A stretch of DNA of 64,000 nt from Gaiellales bacterium (GTDB lineage: Bacteria > Actinomycetota > Thermoleophilia > Gaiellales > Gaiellaceae). The position numbers were made by a program, and so were the translations under genes. How positions within the stretch are numbered: position 1 is the stretch's first letter; each line of letters opens with the position of its first letter. Positions 26,619-36,080 of this stretch are shown here, one piece after another. The notes beneath the pieces are model-generated. The model was not told where the DNA came from, ran no database searches, and saw nothing but the letters and a program-made list of their open reading frames with translations. The stretch spans positions 73,601 to 137,600 of the forward strand of contig JAXLSU010000006.1 of the NCBI GenBank assembly GCA_046330455.1. The letters run 5' to 3'.

Positions 26619-26951
26619 ATGACCTTGGACGGAAGCCAGTCGTTTGCGAGGGTGATCGAGGAGCACCTCGAGCTGAAGCGGCGCAACGCGACTCTCGAGG
26701 GGAGCATGCCGATCGAGCGCTACCGGATCGACGATCCCTTCCAGAATCATCCGCTCTTCAAGTCCGAGGAGCAGGCCCGGCTCGAGGAGACGCTGACCGG
26801 GTCGCAGCCGTCGGTGATGAGCGAGGAGATGGTGCTCGCCTGGCCGGCCGCCGAGGAGACCGACCCGAGCATCGGCACCGCCGCGACGGCGCCCCGGCCG
26901 TCCGAGGACACGCTCTGGGGCCGTTCGCGCGACTTCGACTGGGGCGACTGA
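26619..26951 (+). CDS. acidic hypothetical protein (110 aa)
   Basis: GGAGAGGGAGG lies upstream of the ATG. GC3 is high throughout. No family recognised. Confidence 0.55.
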   Translation: MTLDGSQSFARVIEEHLELKRRNATLEGSMPIERYRIDDPFQNHPLFKSEEQARLEETLTGSQPSVMSEEMVLAWPAAEETDPSIGTAATAPRPSEDTLWGRSRDFDWGD

Positions 26952-26993
26952 GGCTTCGCGCCGCCGGCGCGGCCGGCTCGAATCAGGTTTGAC

Positions 26994-27020
26994 GGAGGGG
27001 CCGGCGCTGCCGGCCCCTCC
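26994..27020. terminator. bidirectional hairpin GGAGGGGCCGGC-GCT-GCCGGCCCCTCC between convergent genes
   Basis: Perfect 12-bp GC stem with a 3-nt loop, lying between the stops at 26951 (+) and 27032 (-). No clear U-tract. Confidence 0.55.
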
Positions 27021-27031
27021 GCGTTCCGTGG

Positions 27032-27511
27032 CTATGCGCAGGCCCGCGTCTTCACCCACTGCAGATCGACGTAGGTCTCGATCCCGGTCGCGGTGTCGGT
27101 CACCTTGGTGAAGAACGTGTAGGTGCCGGGGCGCCAGCCCCCGCCGGCACAGCCCATGCCGAGCCCCTTCGCCTTCTTGATGAAGCCGAAGTTCGGGCCG
27201 CCCTCGGCGCAGTTCGCGACCTGCCCGGTCTTCGTGAACGCCCGGCGGGTCGTCACGCCGTTGCGCACCCGGTCGATCAGCACCTCGACGGTGAGCTCCC
27301 GCGTCGTGAGGCACGACTGGGTGTCGTCGGTCCAGCCGCCCATGAGCTGAACGGCCTTCGCGCTGACGAGCGCGCTCGCGTCGAACCGCATGTCGCCGTC
27401 CTTCGTCCCTCCGAACGCGAACGGCTCGTTCGCCGCGGCTGCGCCTCCGGCCAGCATCGCCACTCCCAGCACCGCGGCCACGAGCACCCAGCTCCTCCTG
27501 ATCCGTCCCAT
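27032..27511 (-). CDS. secreted hypothetical protein (159 aa, Cys-containing)
   Basis: Signal peptide MGRIRRSWVLVAAVLGVAMLAGGAAAA. The mature part has 4 Cys. No family recognised. Confidence 0.6.
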   Translation of the reverse strand: MGRIRRSWVLVAAVLGVAMLAGGAAAANEPFAFGGTKDGDMRFDASALVSAKAVQLMGGWTDDTQSCLTTRELTVEVLIDRVRNGVTTRRAFTKTGQVANCAEGGPNFGFIKKAKGLGMGCAGGGWRPGTYTFFTKVTDTATGIETYVDLQWVKTRACA

Positions 27512-27585
27512 GCCCCGCTCCTCTCGGTTTGGCGCCGCCGTGATACACGATACGACCCCTGACGGCGCGTGTACATTGACGCCGA

Positions 27586-27658
27586 GGGGCGTTAGCTCAG
27601 CTGGGAGAGCGCCGGCTTTGCAAGCCGGAGGTCACCGGTTCGATCCCGGTACGCTCCA
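27586..27658 (+). tRNA. tRNA-Ala (anticodon TGC)
   Basis: GGGGCGTTAGCTCAGCTGGGAGAGCGCCGGCTTTGCAAGCCGGAGGTCACCGGTTCGATCCCGGTACGCTCCA folds as a cloverleaf with the G3:U70 identity pair. CCA is not encoded. Confidence 0.95.
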
Positions 27659-27727
27659 TGGGACGATGTCCGAGTGTCTCGGCCTTCCCTTTCCGCTCGC
27701 CACGGCTCTCCACCTGGAGATCACCCG

Positions 27728-28216
27728 ATGACCGATGCGCAGAGGATCCGCTGGACGGCCTCGGCCTCCAACCGCATGGGCCAGGAGGAGCTCGAGCGGT
27801 TCGTTGCCGAGCCGCGCGCGGGTTGCCTGGCGACGAACCGCGCCGACGGGTTCCCGCACCTCTCGCCGATCTGGTTTCTCTACGACGGCGGTGTCGTGTT
27901 CCTCGAGCTCGCCCAGAGCCGGATCCACCTGGCAAACCTGCGGCGCGACCCGCGCGCGTCGCTCATGGTCGAGGAGGACGAGCGTCCCGCCGGTGGCTGG
28001 CAGGCGAGGGTGCAGGGCGTCGTCTTCCGCGGGACGGTCGAGCTGATCGACGACGAGGACAGCGTCTCCGCCTACGGGGAGCGCATCGACCGTCGCTACC
28101 TCGGCAGCGGGGTCGACGATCCCGAGCTCGCCGAGGTCACCGAGCCCGAGCGGTACACCCTCGTCCGGCTCACCCCGTCCACCTGTGTGAGCTGGGACTT
28201 TCGCAAGGGACGCTGA
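27728..28216 (+). CDS. pyridoxamine 5'-phosphate oxidase (PPOX) family protein, possibly F420-dependent class
   Basis: …CLATNRADGFPHLSPIWFLYDGGVVF…NLRRDPRASLMVEE… is the split-barrel FMN/F420-binding family pattern. Confidence 0.7.
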   Translation: MTDAQRIRWTASASNRMGQEELERFVAEPRAGCLATNRADGFPHLSPIWFLYDGGVVFLELAQSRIHLANLRRDPRASLMVEEDERPAGGWQARVQGVVFRGTVELIDDEDSVSAYGERIDRRYLGSGVDDPELAEVTEPERYTLVRLTPSTCVSWDFRKGR

Positions 28217-28338
28217 TCGGAGCCTGGCGTGGCCCGGGTCGGGCGAAAGCCGGCCGGCCGCGGGTCTCGCGGCGGGCGTGCGAGATCGGAGCGTGCTAGC
28301 GTTCTAGACCCTGACGCCGACCCGGCGCAACGAGAGCC

Positions 28339-28542
28339 ATGCTCCGTCTCTTTCCCGTTCAGATCACGACCGAGACCGGCGAGGCCGCCGGCTCGGGGCT
28401 CGTCGTCCAGCGGCTGTGCGATCCGGCGGGGAACCTCTACTACCGGCTCGAGGACGGCAGGATCGGCGAGGCGACGCTGTACGGACGCGGCTGCACGCTC
28501 GTCGATCCGGCCCAGCTGCCGCCGCTGCACCCCGTCACGTAG
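28339..28542 (+). CDS. small hypothetical protein (67 aa)
   Basis: ATG start and uniformly high GC3. No family recognised. Confidence 0.45.
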   Translation: MLRLFPVQITTETGEAAGSGLVVQRLCDPAGNLYYRLEDGRIGEATLYGRGCTLVDPAQLPPLHPVT

Positions 28543-28633
28543 CGCTGCCCGAGGCGCCGTAGCCCTCCTTTATTGGGGCCGGCCGGCTGATCGATTTCCA
28601 TCACGATCTCCGTGAGGCTGCTAAAGTGCCGCG

Positions 28634-31564
28634 GTGAGACGCTGCCTTCGTCGGCGCGTTTCGACGGTTTCCGCCGTCCTCGTGGTAGCCGGGATGTTCG
28701 TGCTGGGTGCCCCGGCAGCGGCACGCGCAGTCGTCGGTGTCCAGGGGCCGTCCTTCGACGGCGCGAATGCCACGACGCCCCCGAGCGGGCCGAAGCCCGA
28801 GTCGAAGCTCTGGTTCAACGACGGCTCGTGGTGGGGGTACCTGTTCGACGGGCCGGCCGGGCAGAGCCAGGACTTCCACATCTTCCGCTTCGACGCGGGC
28901 TCCGAGACCTGGGTGGACACGGGCGTGGCGGGCGACACGCGAAACAACACGACCGCCGACGTCCTCTGGGACGGCACGAAGCTCTACGTCGCCTCGCACG
29001 CACAGAGCGACTCGACCACGAAGTCCGGGAGCCCGGCCTACCTCTACCGGTACAGCTACGCCACCTCGACCGACACCTACTCGCTCGACGGCGGCTTCCC
29101 CGTCCAGATCAACAACATGAAGACCGAGACCCTCGCGATCGCGAAGGACTCGACCGGAAAGCTCTGGGCGACGTGGACGGAGGACGGCGCCTCGGACGCC
29201 CAGAACACCGTGAAGGTCGACTCGACGGTCTGCAGCCCGGGCTGCAGCGACTCGACCTGGGGGACGCCGTTCGCGCTCGCCGTGCCCGCACCGGCCGACG
29301 ACGACATCTCCTCGGTCATCGCGTTCGGCGGCAACAAGGTCGGTCTCATGTGGTCGAACCAGTCGACGAACGGGATGTACTTCGCCGTGCACGTCGACGG
29401 CGATGCCGATACCGCCTGGGCGGTCGAGACGGCGACCTCAGGGACCGGGATCGCCGACGACCACATCAACCTGAAGACGGACTCGAGCGGCCGCATCTTC
29501 GCGGCGACCAAGACGAGCCTGAGCGGCTCCGGTGCGCTCAACCGGCTGCTCGTGCGGACCGCCTCCGGGACGTGGGTGACTCATGTCTTCGGGCTCGGAA
29601 CCGACAACCACACGCGGCCGATCGTGCTCCTCGACGATGAGAGCGGGCTGATCCGCATGTTCGCGACCTCGGGCCAGTCGGGCGGGAAGATCTACGAGAA
29701 GACGCTGCCGTTCGCACAGGCCGAGACGCCGGGTGTCGACTTCGCGCCGGGAGTGGGCACCGTCTTCATCGATGACGGGGGAGCCGACCTCAACAACTCG
29801 ACCTCGACGAAGCAGAACCTCGACGCGTCGACCGGCATCCTCGTTCTCGCGACGAACAAGCAGGACACGAAGACCTACTGGCACCGCTACGTCGCGCTGA
29901 CCCCGGACACCGACCCGCCCGAGGCCCAGACCGCCGAGGCGAGCGGGGCGACGCTGACGATCTCCTACGACGAGTCGCTCGATCCAGCGTCGGTCCCGGC
30001 GAACGGCGACTTCGCCGTCGGCGGCGGGCACGCCGTTACCGCGGTGAGCGTGACGGGCACGGACGTCGTGCTCGCGCTCGCGCCGGCCGTCCTCGCCGGC
30101 GAGTCGGGCCTGACCGTCAGCTACACGCCGGGAGCTTCCCCGCTCCAGGACATGGCCGGCAACGACGCGGCGGCGCTCGTGAGCCAGGCGGTCACGAACT
30201 CGACCGGCAGCGGCCCCCTCACCCTGGTCGCGAACGCCGACGTCTCCGCGAGCGACGTCCGGGTGAGCGGAGCCACGAACCTGTTCGATGCGATCGACGA
30301 GGGAGTCGCGAGTGCCAACGACGGTGACGATCTGATCCGCAACAACAGGGGCGTCAGCGCCGCCTATGTGGCGGGGCTCACCGACACGCCGGACGACTTC
30401 GGCTCGATGGCGACGCTCACCGCCGATGTCCGCGCGAGGTCGTCGAACTGGACAGACGACCAGCTGACGCTCGTCGCGCAGGTGTTCCGGGCGGACGGGA
30501 CGACGCCGCTGACCGACGAGGTCACGCTCACCACTGCAGCGGCATCGTCGGGCTGGACGACGGTCACGGACATCCCGTTCACGGGGGTCGTGGCGGCGGA
30601 CAAGGCGGCCTGGGACGGAGCGTTGCTGAAGCTGCGCTGGGTCTACACGGCCGTCGGGGGCGGCGACGGCGCACAGCTCAAGGTCACCGCGGTCGAGCTC
30701 GACGGAACCTCGGCGCCGAGTGGCCCGGACCTCACCCCGCCGGCGTTCCAGTCGGCTTCCGTGGACGGGGCGGCGTTGACGATGGCGTACGGGGAGGCGC
30801 TCGACGGGGGCTCGACGCCGGACGGGTCGGCGTTCACGGTGAACGTGAACGCGTCGCCGGTCGGGGTGTCGAACGTGTCGGTCGCGGGGTCGGCGGTGAC
30901 GGTGACGCTCGCCTCGGCGGTCGTGTCGTCGGATGTGGTGACGGTCGCGTACGCGGTGCCGGGGACGAGCCCGCTCCAGGACGTGGCCGGGAACGACGCG
31001 GCGGCGCTACCCGAGACCGCCGTGACGAACACCACCTCGGGTGGCGGCAACGGCTCACTCACCCTGACCCCGAACGGTGACGGCACGATCGATGCAGGGA
31101 TCCGCGACAAGGATCACGCCACGACCGACCTCTACGCCTCGATCGACGAGGGGCTCGCGACCACGAACGACGGGGACGACTACGTCTGCAACAACAACAA
31201 GACGAGCGGCAGCTACTTCGTCCAGCTCACGGCCACTCCCGCTGGCTTCGGCCAGATGCAGACCCTGGCGATCGGCATTCGCGCCCGCACGACGGGGCTC
31301 GTCGACGACGAGACGACGATGTACGCGCAGCTGTTCCAAGCCGACGGCGCGACACCGCTGTCGGATGAGGTCGTCGTCGCCGTCAACCCCGGCCCGTCGG
31401 GGTTCACGACCGTCGCGGACATCGCGCTCACCGGTCTCGTCGGTGGCTCGAAGGCGATCTGGGACGGAGCCCAGGTGCGCCTGCGGTGGGCCTACACGGC
31501 GGTCGGCGCGCAGGACTCGACGCAGCTCCGGCTCAGCACGGTCGAGCTCGCCGGAACGTACTGA
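28634..31564 (+). CDS. large secreted protein: signal peptide + sialidase-like/beta-propeller-like N-domain + 2 x [SwmB-type Ig-like repeat + ~165-aa unassigned module]
   Basis: Signal peptide …VLGAPAAARA. Residues ~55-420 have Trp-rich repeated blade-like segments. Residues 437-522 and 711-800 match the …L.L.Y.E.LD…F.V…V..V.V.G..V.L.L…V.Y…G..P.QD.AGNDAAAL…AVTN repeat. Residues 527-692 and 808-976 are mutually homologous. Confidence 0.8.
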   Translation: MRRCLRRRVSTVSAVLVVAGMFVLGAPAAARAVVGVQGPSFDGANATTPPSGPKPESKLWFNDGSWWGYLFDGPAGQSQDFHIFRFDAGSETWVDTGVAGDTRNNTTADVLWDGTKLYVASHAQSDSTTKSGSPAYLYRYSYATSTDTYSLDGGFPVQINNMKTETLAIAKDSTGKLWATWTEDGASDAQNTVKVDSTVCSPGCSDSTWGTPFALAVPAPADDDISSVIAFGGNKVGLMWSNQSTNGMYFAVHVDGDADTAWAVETATSGTGIADDHINLKTDSSGRIFAATKTSLSGSGALNRLLVRTASGTWVTHVFGLGTDNHTRPIVLLDDESGLIRMFATSGQSGGKIYEKTLPFAQAETPGVDFAPGVGTVFIDDGGADLNNSTSTKQNLDASTGILVLATNKQDTKTYWHRYVALTPDTDPPEAQTAEASGATLTISYDESLDPASVPANGDFAVGGGHAVTAVSVTGTDVVLALAPAVLAGESGLTVSYTPGASPLQDMAGNDAAALVSQAVTNSTGSGPLTLVANADVSASDVRVSGATNLFDAIDEGVASANDGDDLIRNNRGVSAAYVAGLTDTPDDFGSMATLTADVRARSSNWTDDQLTLVAQVFRADGTTPLTDEVTLTTAAASSGWTTVTDIPFTGVVAADKAAWDGALLKLRWVYTAVGGGDGAQLKVTAVELDGTSAPSGPDLTPPAFQSASVDGAALTMAYGEALDGGSTPDGSAFTVNVNASPVGVSNVSVAGSAVTVTLASAVVSSDVVTVAYAVPGTSPLQDVAGNDAAALPETAVTNTTSGGGNGSLTLTPNGDGTIDAGIRDKDHATTDLYASIDEGLATTNDGDDYVCNNNKTSGSYFVQLTATPAGFGQMQTLAIGIRARTTGLVDDETTMYAQLFQADGATPLSDEVVVAVNPGPSGFTTVADIALTGLVGGSKAIWDGAQVRLRWAYTAVGAQDSTQLRLSTVELAGTY

Positions 31565-31606
31565 GCGCCGTCCGGCTCGCCGGATCGTCGGTCACAATGA
31601 TCCCGG

Positions 31607-32602
31607 ATGAGGCCTCGCGTCGCGATCCTCCTCGCGCTCCTCGCCCTGGGCGCGTTCCTCGGCGTCTTCTTCGGAGGTCTCCTCTCCGCTGAGTCGGAAG
31701 CCGCCGCGCCGGCGACACCGACCACGACCCCGAACGTCCTCGAGGAGCCGATCGCAGCGGCCGCAGCGACGGCCGAGCCGCCTGTCAACGAGGCGGTTGC
31801 GCCGCTCGCCTACGACGAGGAGGCCACGAGGAGCTCCTTCCGCCCGAAGCTGACCGCCGGGTCGTTCGTCGCGATCGACGCCGACGAGGGCCGGGTGCTG
31901 ATCGCCCACGCCGAGCGGGCGAGGCGGCCGATCGCATCGCTGACGAAGATGATGACGGCGCTGATCGTGATCGAGGACGGAGAGCTCGACCGGAAGATCA
32001 GGGTGCCGAAGGCGGCGACGCTCGTCGAGCCGAGCAGGGAGGGGCTTCGGGCCGGACGCTGGTACCCGCGCCGGCTGCTGCTCTACTCGGCGCTTCTCGT
32101 CTCGGCGAACGACTCGGCAGAAGCGCTCGGCTACGCGGCAGGCGACGGCTCGCTCAGGCGGTTCTACCGGCGCATGAACGAGCGGGCCGCCGAGCTCGGC
32201 ATGACTCTGACGCACTACCAGAGCACGTCGGGCCTCGAGGACGAGTCGAACCTCTCGACGGCGCTCGACCAGGCCATCCTCGCGAGGGCGGCGCTCGAGA
32301 ACCGGACGTTCGCGAAGATCGTCCGGACGCGGCGCAAGCTCGTCGACTGGCCGCCTCCCACGTACGCCAAGGAGTGGATCAACCACAACAAGATGCTCGT
32401 CACCTACGAGGGCACCTACGGCGTCAAGACGGGGTACACGACCCGGGCCGGCGCCTGTCTCGTCGTCGCGGTCGAGCGGAACGGGCACCACGTGATCGGC
32501 GTCCTGCTCGACTCGACTAGCATCTGGGCCGACATGCCGCGCCTGATCGACGCTGCCTTCCGCCGGCTCGCCGCCCGCGAGGACGAGGCGGGAGGTCCGT
32601 AG
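31607..32602 (+). CDS. D-alanyl-D-alanine carboxypeptidase (peptidase S11, PBP5-like)
   Basis: It has an N-terminal TM/signal segment. Active-site motifs are SLTK (SxxK), SAN (SxN) and KTG. Confidence 0.85.
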   Translation: MRPRVAILLALLALGAFLGVFFGGLLSAESEAAAPATPTTTPNVLEEPIAAAAATAEPPVNEAVAPLAYDEEATRSSFRPKLTAGSFVAIDADEGRVLIAHAERARRPIASLTKMMTALIVIEDGELDRKIRVPKAATLVEPSREGLRAGRWYPRRLLLYSALLVSANDSAEALGYAAGDGSLRRFYRRMNERAAELGMTLTHYQSTSGLEDESNLSTALDQAILARAALENRTFAKIVRTRRKLVDWPPPTYAKEWINHNKMLVTYEGTYGVKTGYTTRAGACLVVAVERNGHHVIGVLLDSTSIWADMPRLIDAAFRRLAAREDEAGGP

Positions 32603-32607
32603 CCCCC

Positions 32608-33030
32608 GTGGCGAGCTCCGCGACGAGACGTCGCGTTCCGGGCACGGTCCTGCTCGTCGCCGTGCTCGCGCTCGCGGTGGGGGCGATCGGCATCGTCAAC
32701 GGCGTCGGTCTGATCGCAGACCGCGGCGAGCAGGCGGTTCAGGCCGACACCGGCATGTCGAGCGGCGGCCTCGTCGCCTACGGGCTCGTCGCGATCGGGC
32801 TCGGCGCGCTGCTCGCGGCCCTGGCGGTCTCGCTGGCCCGCGGTAGCCGCTCCGCCCGCTGGACGGTCGCCGTCCTGCTCTTCCTCCATCTCGCGGGCGG
32901 GCTCGCGATCGTGTTCGGCTGGTACGACGTGAGCCCCTGGGAGGGAGTCGCGAGCGTCGCCGTGTCGGCGTGCCTCCTCTTCCTCCTCTACGGGTCGAGA
33001 CGCAGCCGCGCGTTCTACGCGCGGGCCTGA
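32608..33030 (+). CDS. membrane protein (4 TM), hypothetical
   Basis: GTG start 6 nt after the dac-like stop. Four hydrophobic helices. The 3' end overlaps the convergent CBS gene by 16 nt. Confidence 0.55.
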   Translation: MASSATRRRVPGTVLLVAVLALAVGAIGIVNGVGLIADRGEQAVQADTGMSSGGLVAYGLVAIGLGALLAALAVSLARGSRSARWTVAVLLFLHLAGGLAIVFGWYDVSPWEGVASVAVSACLLFLLYGSRRSRAFYARA

Positions 33031-33473
33031 TCGGCGTCGGGCGCCCGCCGCTCGAGCAGCTGGTGCACCGTCTCGTGCGCGACCTCGTCGTGTGAGCGCC
33101 ACATGCGCTCGGCGAGGGCATCGAGCACCTCGCGGCTACCCACCATGCCGAGCACGTGCTCGCCGTCGACGACGGGCAGGTGGCGGACGTCGTGCTCGCG
33201 CATCAGCCGCGCGACCGAGAGGATGCCGTCGTCGGGCGACACGGTCACGAGGCGTGTCCGCATCACGTGGCGCACGGCGAGCTCGTCCATGCGGGCGCCG
33301 CGTCCCGCCAGCCGCAGCACGTCACGCTCGGTGAGGATGCCGACGAGCCTCGGGCCCTCGCAGACCGCGACGGATCCGACGCCCCGGTCGAGCATGGCCT
33401 GGATCGCCTCCTCGACGCGCGCCTCCGGGGTGACGCTCACGAGCCTCACGTTCATGACGTCGACGATGGACAT
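33015..33473 (-). CDS. CBS-domain pair protein
   Basis: Two CBS repeats (…VSVTPEARVEEAIQAMLDRGVGSVAV…GILTERDVLR…; …VTVSPDDGILSVARLMREHDVRHLPVV…). GGAGG RBS. A TACAAT box (33509..33504 on the minus strand) lies ~30 nt upstream. Confidence 0.85.
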   Translation of the reverse strand: MSIVDVMNVRLVSVTPEARVEEAIQAMLDRGVGSVAVCEGPRLVGILTERDVLRLAGRGARMDELAVRHVMRTRLVTVSPDDGILSVARLMREHDVRHLPVVDGEHVLGMVGSREVLDALAERMWRSHDEVAHETVHQLLERRAPDADQARA

Positions 33474-33568
33474 CGTGTCCTCCTTGCATCGACCGACGCG
33501 ACAATTGTATCAATAATCACGACTTCCGGCGGCACCCGTGATGGAGCTTCGGCGGTACGCTGCGGGCG

Positions 33569-35185
33569 ATGGCGACGACAGGCGAGCCGCCCGGGCTGCG
33601 CGAGCGCGACGCCCCCGGCGAGACGATCTCCGGCCTACCGATCCGGGCCGTGTACGGGCCCGGGGACGTCCAGCCCGACTACCGACGCGAGCTCGGCGAC
33701 CCGGGCGAGTTCCCGTACACGCGCGGCGTCTACCCGTCCATGTACCGGGGACGCCTCTGGACGATGCGCCAGTTCGCGGGGTTCGGGACGGTCACCGAGA
33801 CGAACGAGCGATTCCGCTACCTGCTCGAGCACGGGCAGACGGGTCTCTCGGTGGCGTTCGACATGCCGACCCTGATGGGCTACGACTCCGATCACGCGCG
33901 GTCGCTCGGCGAGGTCGGCCGGGAAGGGGTCGCGGTCGACTCGCTCGAGGACATGCGCGACCTGTTCGCCGGCATCCCGCTCGAGCAGGTCTCGACGTCG
34001 ATGACGATCAACTCGCCGGCGGCGATCCTGCTCGCGTTCTACGTGTGCGTCGCCGAGGAGCAGGGTGCCGCCCGCGCGGCGCTGCGGGGAACGGCGCAGA
34101 CGGACATCCTCAAGGAGTACATCGCGCAGAAGGAATGGATGTTCCCGCCCGAGCCGTCGATGCGGCTCTGCGTCGACATGATCGAGTTCTGCGCGCGCGA
34201 GCTACCCCTGTTCCACCCGGTCTCGATCTCCGGGTACCACATCCGCGAGGCCGGGTCGACGGCGGCTCAGGAGCTCGCATTCACGCTCGCCGACGGGTTC
34301 GCCTACGTCGAGGCGGCGCTCGAGCGAGGTCTCGAGGTCGACGAGTTCGCGCCGCGACTGTCGTTCTTCTTCAACGCCCACATCGACTTCTTCGAGGAGA
34401 TCGCGAAGTACCGGGCGGCCCGCCGGATCTGGGCGCGCGAGCTTCGCGACCGGTACGGCGCGAGGGACGAGCGCTCGCTGCTCATGCGCTTCCACGCCCA
34501 GACGGCAGGGGTCTCGCTGACGGCGCAGCAGCCCGAGAACAACATCATGCGGACGGCGATCGAGGCGCTCGCCGCGGTGCTCGGCGGGACGCAGTCGCTC
34601 CACACGAACTCGTTCGACGAGGCCCTCGCACTCCCGACCGAGCACGCGGCGAAGCTCGCCCTGCGGACGCAGCAGATCATTGCGCACGAGACCGGCGTCG
34701 CGTCCACCGCCGACCCGCTCGGCGGCTCGTGGTACCTCGAGGCGCTGACGGACGAGCTCGAGCGACAGGCGTACGCGTACTTCGAGCGGATCGACGCACT
34801 CGGCGGCGTGATCGCTGCGATCCGCCAGGGCTTCTTCCAGAGCGAGATCGCGGACGCGTCGTTCCGCTTCCAGCGCGAGGTCGAGCACGGCAGGCGGGTG
34901 ATCGTCGGGGTCAACGCCTTTGCGGAGGACGGGGAGGAGGAGATCCCGCTGCTCCGGATCGATCCGGACGTGGAGGCGAGACAGGTCGCGCGTGTGAAGG
35001 CCCTGCGTGCCGGGCGGGACGAGGGTCGTGCCCGGGCCGCGCTCGCGCGGCTCGAGGAAGCGGCCGGCGCCGCGAACCTGATGCCTCTCTTCATCGACGC
35101 CGCGAAGGCCGACGTGACGATGGGCGAGATGTGCGACGTGCTGCGCCGGTCCTTCGGGACCTGGCGCGAGACGCCGGCGTTCTAG
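33569..35185 (+). CDS. icmA: adenosylcobalamin-dependent acyl-CoA mutase, large (substrate-binding TIM-barrel) subunit; isobutyryl-CoA-mutase-type residue signature
   Basis: …[27 protein letters not shown]…[17 protein letters not shown]…[17 protein letters not shown]…. There is no B12-binding domain in this polypeptide. It has Phe (RQF) and Gln (IAQKEW) where methylmalonyl-CoA mutases have Tyr and Arg. Confidence 0.75.
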   Translation: MATTGEPPGLRERDAPGETISGLPIRAVYGPGDVQPDYRRELGDPGEFPYTRGVYPSMYRGRLWTMRQFAGFGTVTETNERFRYLLEHGQTGLSVAFDMPTLMGYDSDHARSLGEVGREGVAVDSLEDMRDLFAGIPLEQVSTSMTINSPAAILLAFYVCVAEEQGAARAALRGTAQTDILKEYIAQKEWMFPPEPSMRLCVDMIEFCARELPLFHPVSISGYHIREAGSTAAQELAFTLADGFAYVEAALERGLEVDEFAPRLSFFFNAHIDFFEEIAKYRAARRIWARELRDRYGARDERSLLMRFHAQTAGVSLTAQQPENNIMRTAIEALAAVLGGTQSLHTNSFDEALALPTEHAAKLALRTQQIIAHETGVASTADPLGGSWYLEALTDELERQAYAYFERIDALGGVIAAIRQGFFQSEIADASFRFQREVEHGRRVIVGVNAFAEDGEEEIPLLRIDPDVEARQVARVKALRAGRDEGRARAALARLEEAAGAANLMPLFIDAAKADVTMGEMCDVLRRSFGTWRETPAF

Positions 35186-36015
35186 TCGGAAACGGGTCCG
35201 GTCACCGGCTCGGGCGCCGGAAGCCAGCGTCGGTCGAGGACGGCGACGAGCGCGAGCCCGGCAAGAGCGGGGACCGTGGCCGGGATCGGCGAGGTGACGT
35301 CGAGGAAGAGCAGCAGCCCCCACAGCAGGGCTGACGCCGTCACGGTGAGCGCGACCGCGCCACGGACAGGCCAGGCGCGGCCGGCGACGAGCGTCGCGAG
35401 GAGCGCCGGGGCGAGCAGATCGAGCCAGCCCATGAGCGCGTGTCCGAAGGTGATCTCCTGGAGCGCAGGCAGCGGCACGGCCTGACCACCGGGAAGGGCC
35501 ACGGTCGGTGGCGCGGCCTCGTGGAGCGTCAGCATCGCCGGCTCGATCTGGCGGTTGCCCCAGACGAGGATCACGTCGAGGACGACCAGCAGCATGATCC
35601 CGATCGCGAGCGCGCGAGCCGGCGCGACGCTCGAGAAGGCGGCTGCGAGCGTCAGGCAGGCGGCGGCGATCAGGAGCACGCCGGCCGCGTCGGCGAGCAG
35701 CGTGTCCTGGTTTCGCCAGGCGATTACGTACAGGCCGATCGCCGCGGGCGGGTAGAGCCACGCGAGCCGCCAGCCACGAAGGCGTCCGACCAGCGCGGCA
35801 AGGAGCGGGGTCGCGACGGCGGCCAGCGTCGTTAGCGCGTCCGCACCGCCGCTGAACGCGCGGACGATGCCGACGCCGGCGGCGAGCATCGCGACCGGCA
35901 GTACGAGGCCGAGCAGGCTCGAGCGCGCGACGCGAAACGGTCGCCACGAGGCGAGCACGAGCAGGCCCTGCACGAGACAGAGCACGACGTAGGAGGGCAC
36001 GAAGTCGAGGCTCAT
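35182..36015 (-). CDS. polytopic membrane protein with presenilin / signal-peptide-peptidase-like (A22) motif arrangement
   Basis: About 8-9 TM segments. It has …[12 protein letters not shown]… (Asp147), …[12 protein letters not shown]… (Asp199) and a C-terminal …PATVPALAG… (PAL). Its stop shares the CTAG tetranucleotide with the convergent mutase stop. Confidence 0.6.
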   Translation of the reverse strand: MSLDFVPSYVVLCLVQGLLVLASWRPFRVARSSLLGLVLPVAMLAAGVGIVRAFSGGADALTTLAAVATPLLAALVGRLRGWRLAWLYPPAAIGLYVIAWRNQDTLLADAAGVLLIAAACLTLAAAFSSVAPARALAIGIMLLVVLDVILVWGNRQIEPAMLTLHEAAPPTVALPGGQAVPLPALQEITFGHALMGWLDLLAPALLATLVAGRAWPVRGAVALTVTASALLWGLLLFLDVTSPIPATVPALAGLALVAVLDRRWLPAPEPVTGPVSD

Positions 36016-36080
36016 CGCGCGCTCTCATTGTGCGTGCCGCCAGGGCGCCGGCACGTTAGGCGTCGATTACGATCTCCGGC

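Noticed and set aside
33474-33568. Cobalamin riboswitch upstream of the B12-dependent mutase gene.
   Set aside because: The gap is only 95 nt, much of it a divergent promoter (TACAAT box for the CBS gene). I saw no B12-box-like sequence and the space is too short for the aptamer.
35180-35185. Convergent mutase and membrane-protein genes share the tetranucleotide CTAG for both stop codons (TAG on each strand).
   Set aside because: It is real in the sequence but most simply a coincidence of tight convergent packing, and no functional claim can be supported.
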